From NCBI GenBank assembly GCA_965223795.1, contig CBDCXL010000001.1, forward strand, positions 352,001-416,000: 64,000 nt of DNA, given 5' to 3'. This stretch comes from Nitrospinales bacterium (GTDB lineage: Bacteria > Nitrospinota > Nitrospinia > Nitrospinales > VA-1). The notes under the pieces were generated by a model that was not told the origin of the DNA, did no database searches, and saw nothing but the letters and a program-made list of their open reading frames with translations. Below, piece by piece: positions 61,808 to 64,000 of this stretch (position 1 is the stretch's first letter; each line of letters starts with the position of its first letter). Both the position numbers and the translations under genes were made by a program.

Positions 61808-62500
61808 ATGAATATCCACGCAGCGATTGTTTTCCTTTTAATTTTATGGGTGGGCGGGTGTGTTTCCGGCCCGGATGTCGAGAAAGAAAGCGCGGCCAAA
61901 ACGAACCGCGCTCAGGAAAAAACGGCGGTAGAAACGCAAAAAACCCGCAGCAAACTGGACGTCGTCCGTGAACAGGCGAGCCAGGGCGAAGCCTCGGCGC
62001 AGCTTGAGCTGGGCACGATGTACGAAACCGGCAGCGGGGTGCGCAAGGATTTCGCCAAAGCCATGAAATGGTACGCCAAAGCCGCCGAGCAGGGCGTGGC
62101 CGACGCCCAGATCAAGCTGGCCGCGATGTACCGGGAAGGCAGAGGCGTTCCGCAGGATTTTCTGGAAGCGGAAAAATGGTACCGCCGCGCCGCCGAGCAG
62201 GGAGACACTGCGGCCCAGATCACCCTGGGCGTCATGTATTTCGAAGGCAAGGAGATCCCCAGGGACAAGGTGCAGGCCCATATGTGGCTGAATATTGCGG
62301 CGTCGCGCCTGTCGCCCGGAACGCAGCGTGACACGGTGGTGGAAAACCGGAAAATCGTGGCGAGCTGGATGACGTTGACGCAGATCGCCGAAGCGCAGAA
62401 GATGGCGCGGGAATGGAAACCGAAGTTTTACTGGAAAAAGAAGGTGGAACCGGTGACCCAGTCCGCGCAGGAGAGGAGAAAAAACCGCTTCGCCAAATGA
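61808..62500 (+). CDS. Sel1-like repeat lipoprotein
   Basis: Lipobox VGGC; repeats AQxxLGxMYxxGxGVxxDxxxAxKWYxxAAEQG. Confidence 0.9.
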   Translation: MNIHAAIVFLLILWVGGCVSGPDVEKESAAKTNRAQEKTAVETQKTRSKLDVVREQASQGEASAQLELGTMYETGSGVRKDFAKAMKWYAKAAEQGVADAQIKLAAMYREGRGVPQDFLEAEKWYRRAAEQGDTAAQITLGVMYFEGKEIPRDKVQAHMWLNIAASRLSPGTQRDTVVENRKIVASWMTLTQIAEAQKMAREWKPKFYWKKKVEPVTQSAQERRKNRFAK

Positions 62501-62515
62501 CGTTCCGATTTCCGA

Positions 62516-63850
62516 TCAGGCGGCGGAGCCGACCGGATTCTGGTAATCCTGCATCCAGCGGGAAATGCTGTCCAGAGCCTTGGCGACGATCGCCTGATTT
62601 CTTACCTTTTTATCGCGGATCCGCATTTCCGGCACGAGAAACAACCCGAAGTTGATGTTCATCGGCTGGTAGGCACCCTGTCCTCCGCGCGTGACGTAAT
62701 TGTGCAGCGCACCGAGGGCGGTTTCCAGCGGCGGCGGCGCGAACGTTTCGCCGCGCAGACGTTTCACGGCACTCAGGCTCGCCAGGAGCCCCATCGCGGT
62801 GGATTCCACATAACCTTCCACGCCCACAATCTGGCCCGCAAAGTAGACACCGGGGCGGGTGTTGAGATCGAGTTCCGACCCCAGCAGACTGGGCGCGTTG
62901 ATGAACGTGTTGCGGTGAATGGCGCCGTAGCGGAAAAATTCCGCGTTTTCCAGTCCGGGGATCATGGAAAACACCCGCTTCTGCTCCGGATACTTGAGCT
63001 TGGTCTGGAACCCGACCAGATTGAACGCCGTCCCTTCCTTGTTTTCTCTCCTTAGCTGCACCACTGCGTGCGCGATCTTTCCGGTTTCCGGGTGCGGCAG
63101 CCCCACCGGCTTCATCGCCCCGAACGCCAGCGTTTTCTCTCCGCGCGCCGCCAGCTCCTCGATGGGAAGGCAGCCTTCGAAATAACGCGGTTTCTCGAAC
63201 GTGGCGAACGGCACTTTCTCGGCGTCGTTCAGAGCCTTAATGAAGCTCCGGTATTGCTCCCTGTCCATCGGGCAGTTCAGGTAATCGTCGCTGCCCTTGT
63301 TGTAGCGCGAAGCGAAGAAGGCCTTGCTGTAATCGAGGCTGTTCGCGTCGACGATGGGAGAAATCGCGTCGTAGAAATACAGGTATTTCTGACCGATCAG
63401 GCGGGAAATTTTTTCTGAAAGCTTAGGTGAGGTGAGCGGTCCGGTGGCGACGATGACGGGACCCTGCTCCGGCAGGTCCACCACTTCCTCGCGGATCAGG
63501 TTGATGTTGGGATGGCTTGCGATGCGACGGGTGATCTCGCGAGAGAACAGGTCGCGGTCCACCGCCAGCGCCGATCCCGCGGGCACGGCGTGGTCGTCTC
63601 CGGCCTGTATCACGACGGAGCCGAATTTTCTCAGCTCCTGCTTGAGCAGAAACGGCGCGGAGTTGCCCTGATTGTTGCCCAGCGAGTTGCTGCACACCAG
63701 CTCGGCGCAGTGGTCCGTCTTGTGAACCGGAGTCGGCGTTTTGGAGCGCATCTCATAAAGATCGACCTTCACACCGCGCTCAGCGGCCTGCCAAGCCGCT
63801 TCGGAACCGGCCAGGCCGCTTCCGATCACCGTCAAACGCATCTTATCCAT
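62516..63850 (-). CDS. trmFO: Methylenetetrahydrofolate-tRNA-(uracil-5)-methyltransferase
   Basis: GSGLAGSEAAWQ, AELVCSNSL, ALAVDR, YFYDAISP, HRNTF, GVEGYVES. Confidence 0.96.
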   Translation of the reverse strand: MDKMRLTVIGSGLAGSEAAWQAAERGVKVDLYEMRSKTPTPVHKTDHCAELVCSNSLGNNQGNSAPFLLKQELRKFGSVVIQAGDDHAVPAGSALAVDRDLFSREITRRIASHPNINLIREEVVDLPEQGPVIVATGPLTSPKLSEKISRLIGQKYLYFYDAISPIVDANSLDYSKAFFASRYNKGSDDYLNCPMDREQYRSFIKALNDAEKVPFATFEKPRYFEGCLPIEELAARGEKTLAFGAMKPVGLPHPETGKIAHAVVQLRRENKEGTAFNLVGFQTKLKYPEQKRVFSMIPGLENAEFFRYGAIHRNTFINAPSLLGSELDLNTRPGVYFAGQIVGVEGYVESTAMGLLASLSAVKRLRGETFAPPPLETALGALHNYVTRGGQGAYQPMNINFGLFLVPEMRIRDKKVRNQAIVAKALDSISRWMQDYQNPVGSAA

Positions 63851-64000
63851 ACGTGCCGCTTATTGAAACAACGGGCGTCCTTGCGGATACGGTCCGTGCG
63901 AACCCATCCGGGGATTGCGGATAAAGTTGCCCATTGCAGAAGAAATTTGAATCGTTACAGCGATCCCGTCCCGTTCAGGCCGCCGCGGGTGATTTTTTAT

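Overview
GC-rich (roughly 60% by eye) bacterial chromosome segment. The gene content (copper nitrite reductase, a c554-type tetraheme cytochrome, GAF-PilB ATPases, parC/parE) suggests a nitrifier such as Nitrospina, but this is inference only. Most of the window is housekeeping: lpdA, sppA, TRAP permeases, ogt, recO, ridA, ugd, queA, HU, ftsB, eno, hemL, mtnP, asd, leuB, truA, a HelD-like helicase, two Mrp/ApbC proteins, topoisomerase IV and trmFO. An accessory stretch at about 38-45.5 kb carries duplicated lipoproteins, an entericidin, and an XRE repressor with a phage-like Sm-fold module. The most striking system is at 52.2-61.6 kb: three tandem PilB/GspE motor ATPases, each fused to two PDE-type GAF domains. 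The third copy is a natural Walker-B E->Q pseudo-ATPase and lies downstream of two perfect CRP-type boxes, suggesting a cyclic-nucleotide-controlled pilus or secretion motor with a built-in dead subunit. Other notable items are a NirK with Leu in place of the type-1 Cu axial Met, an orphan c554 with a CxxxCH heme site, a diheme cytochrome hidden by a frameshift, a GGA-rich sRNA candidate upstream of truA, and a REP-like palindrome family. No rRNA, tRNA, CRISPR array or intact transposase was seen.
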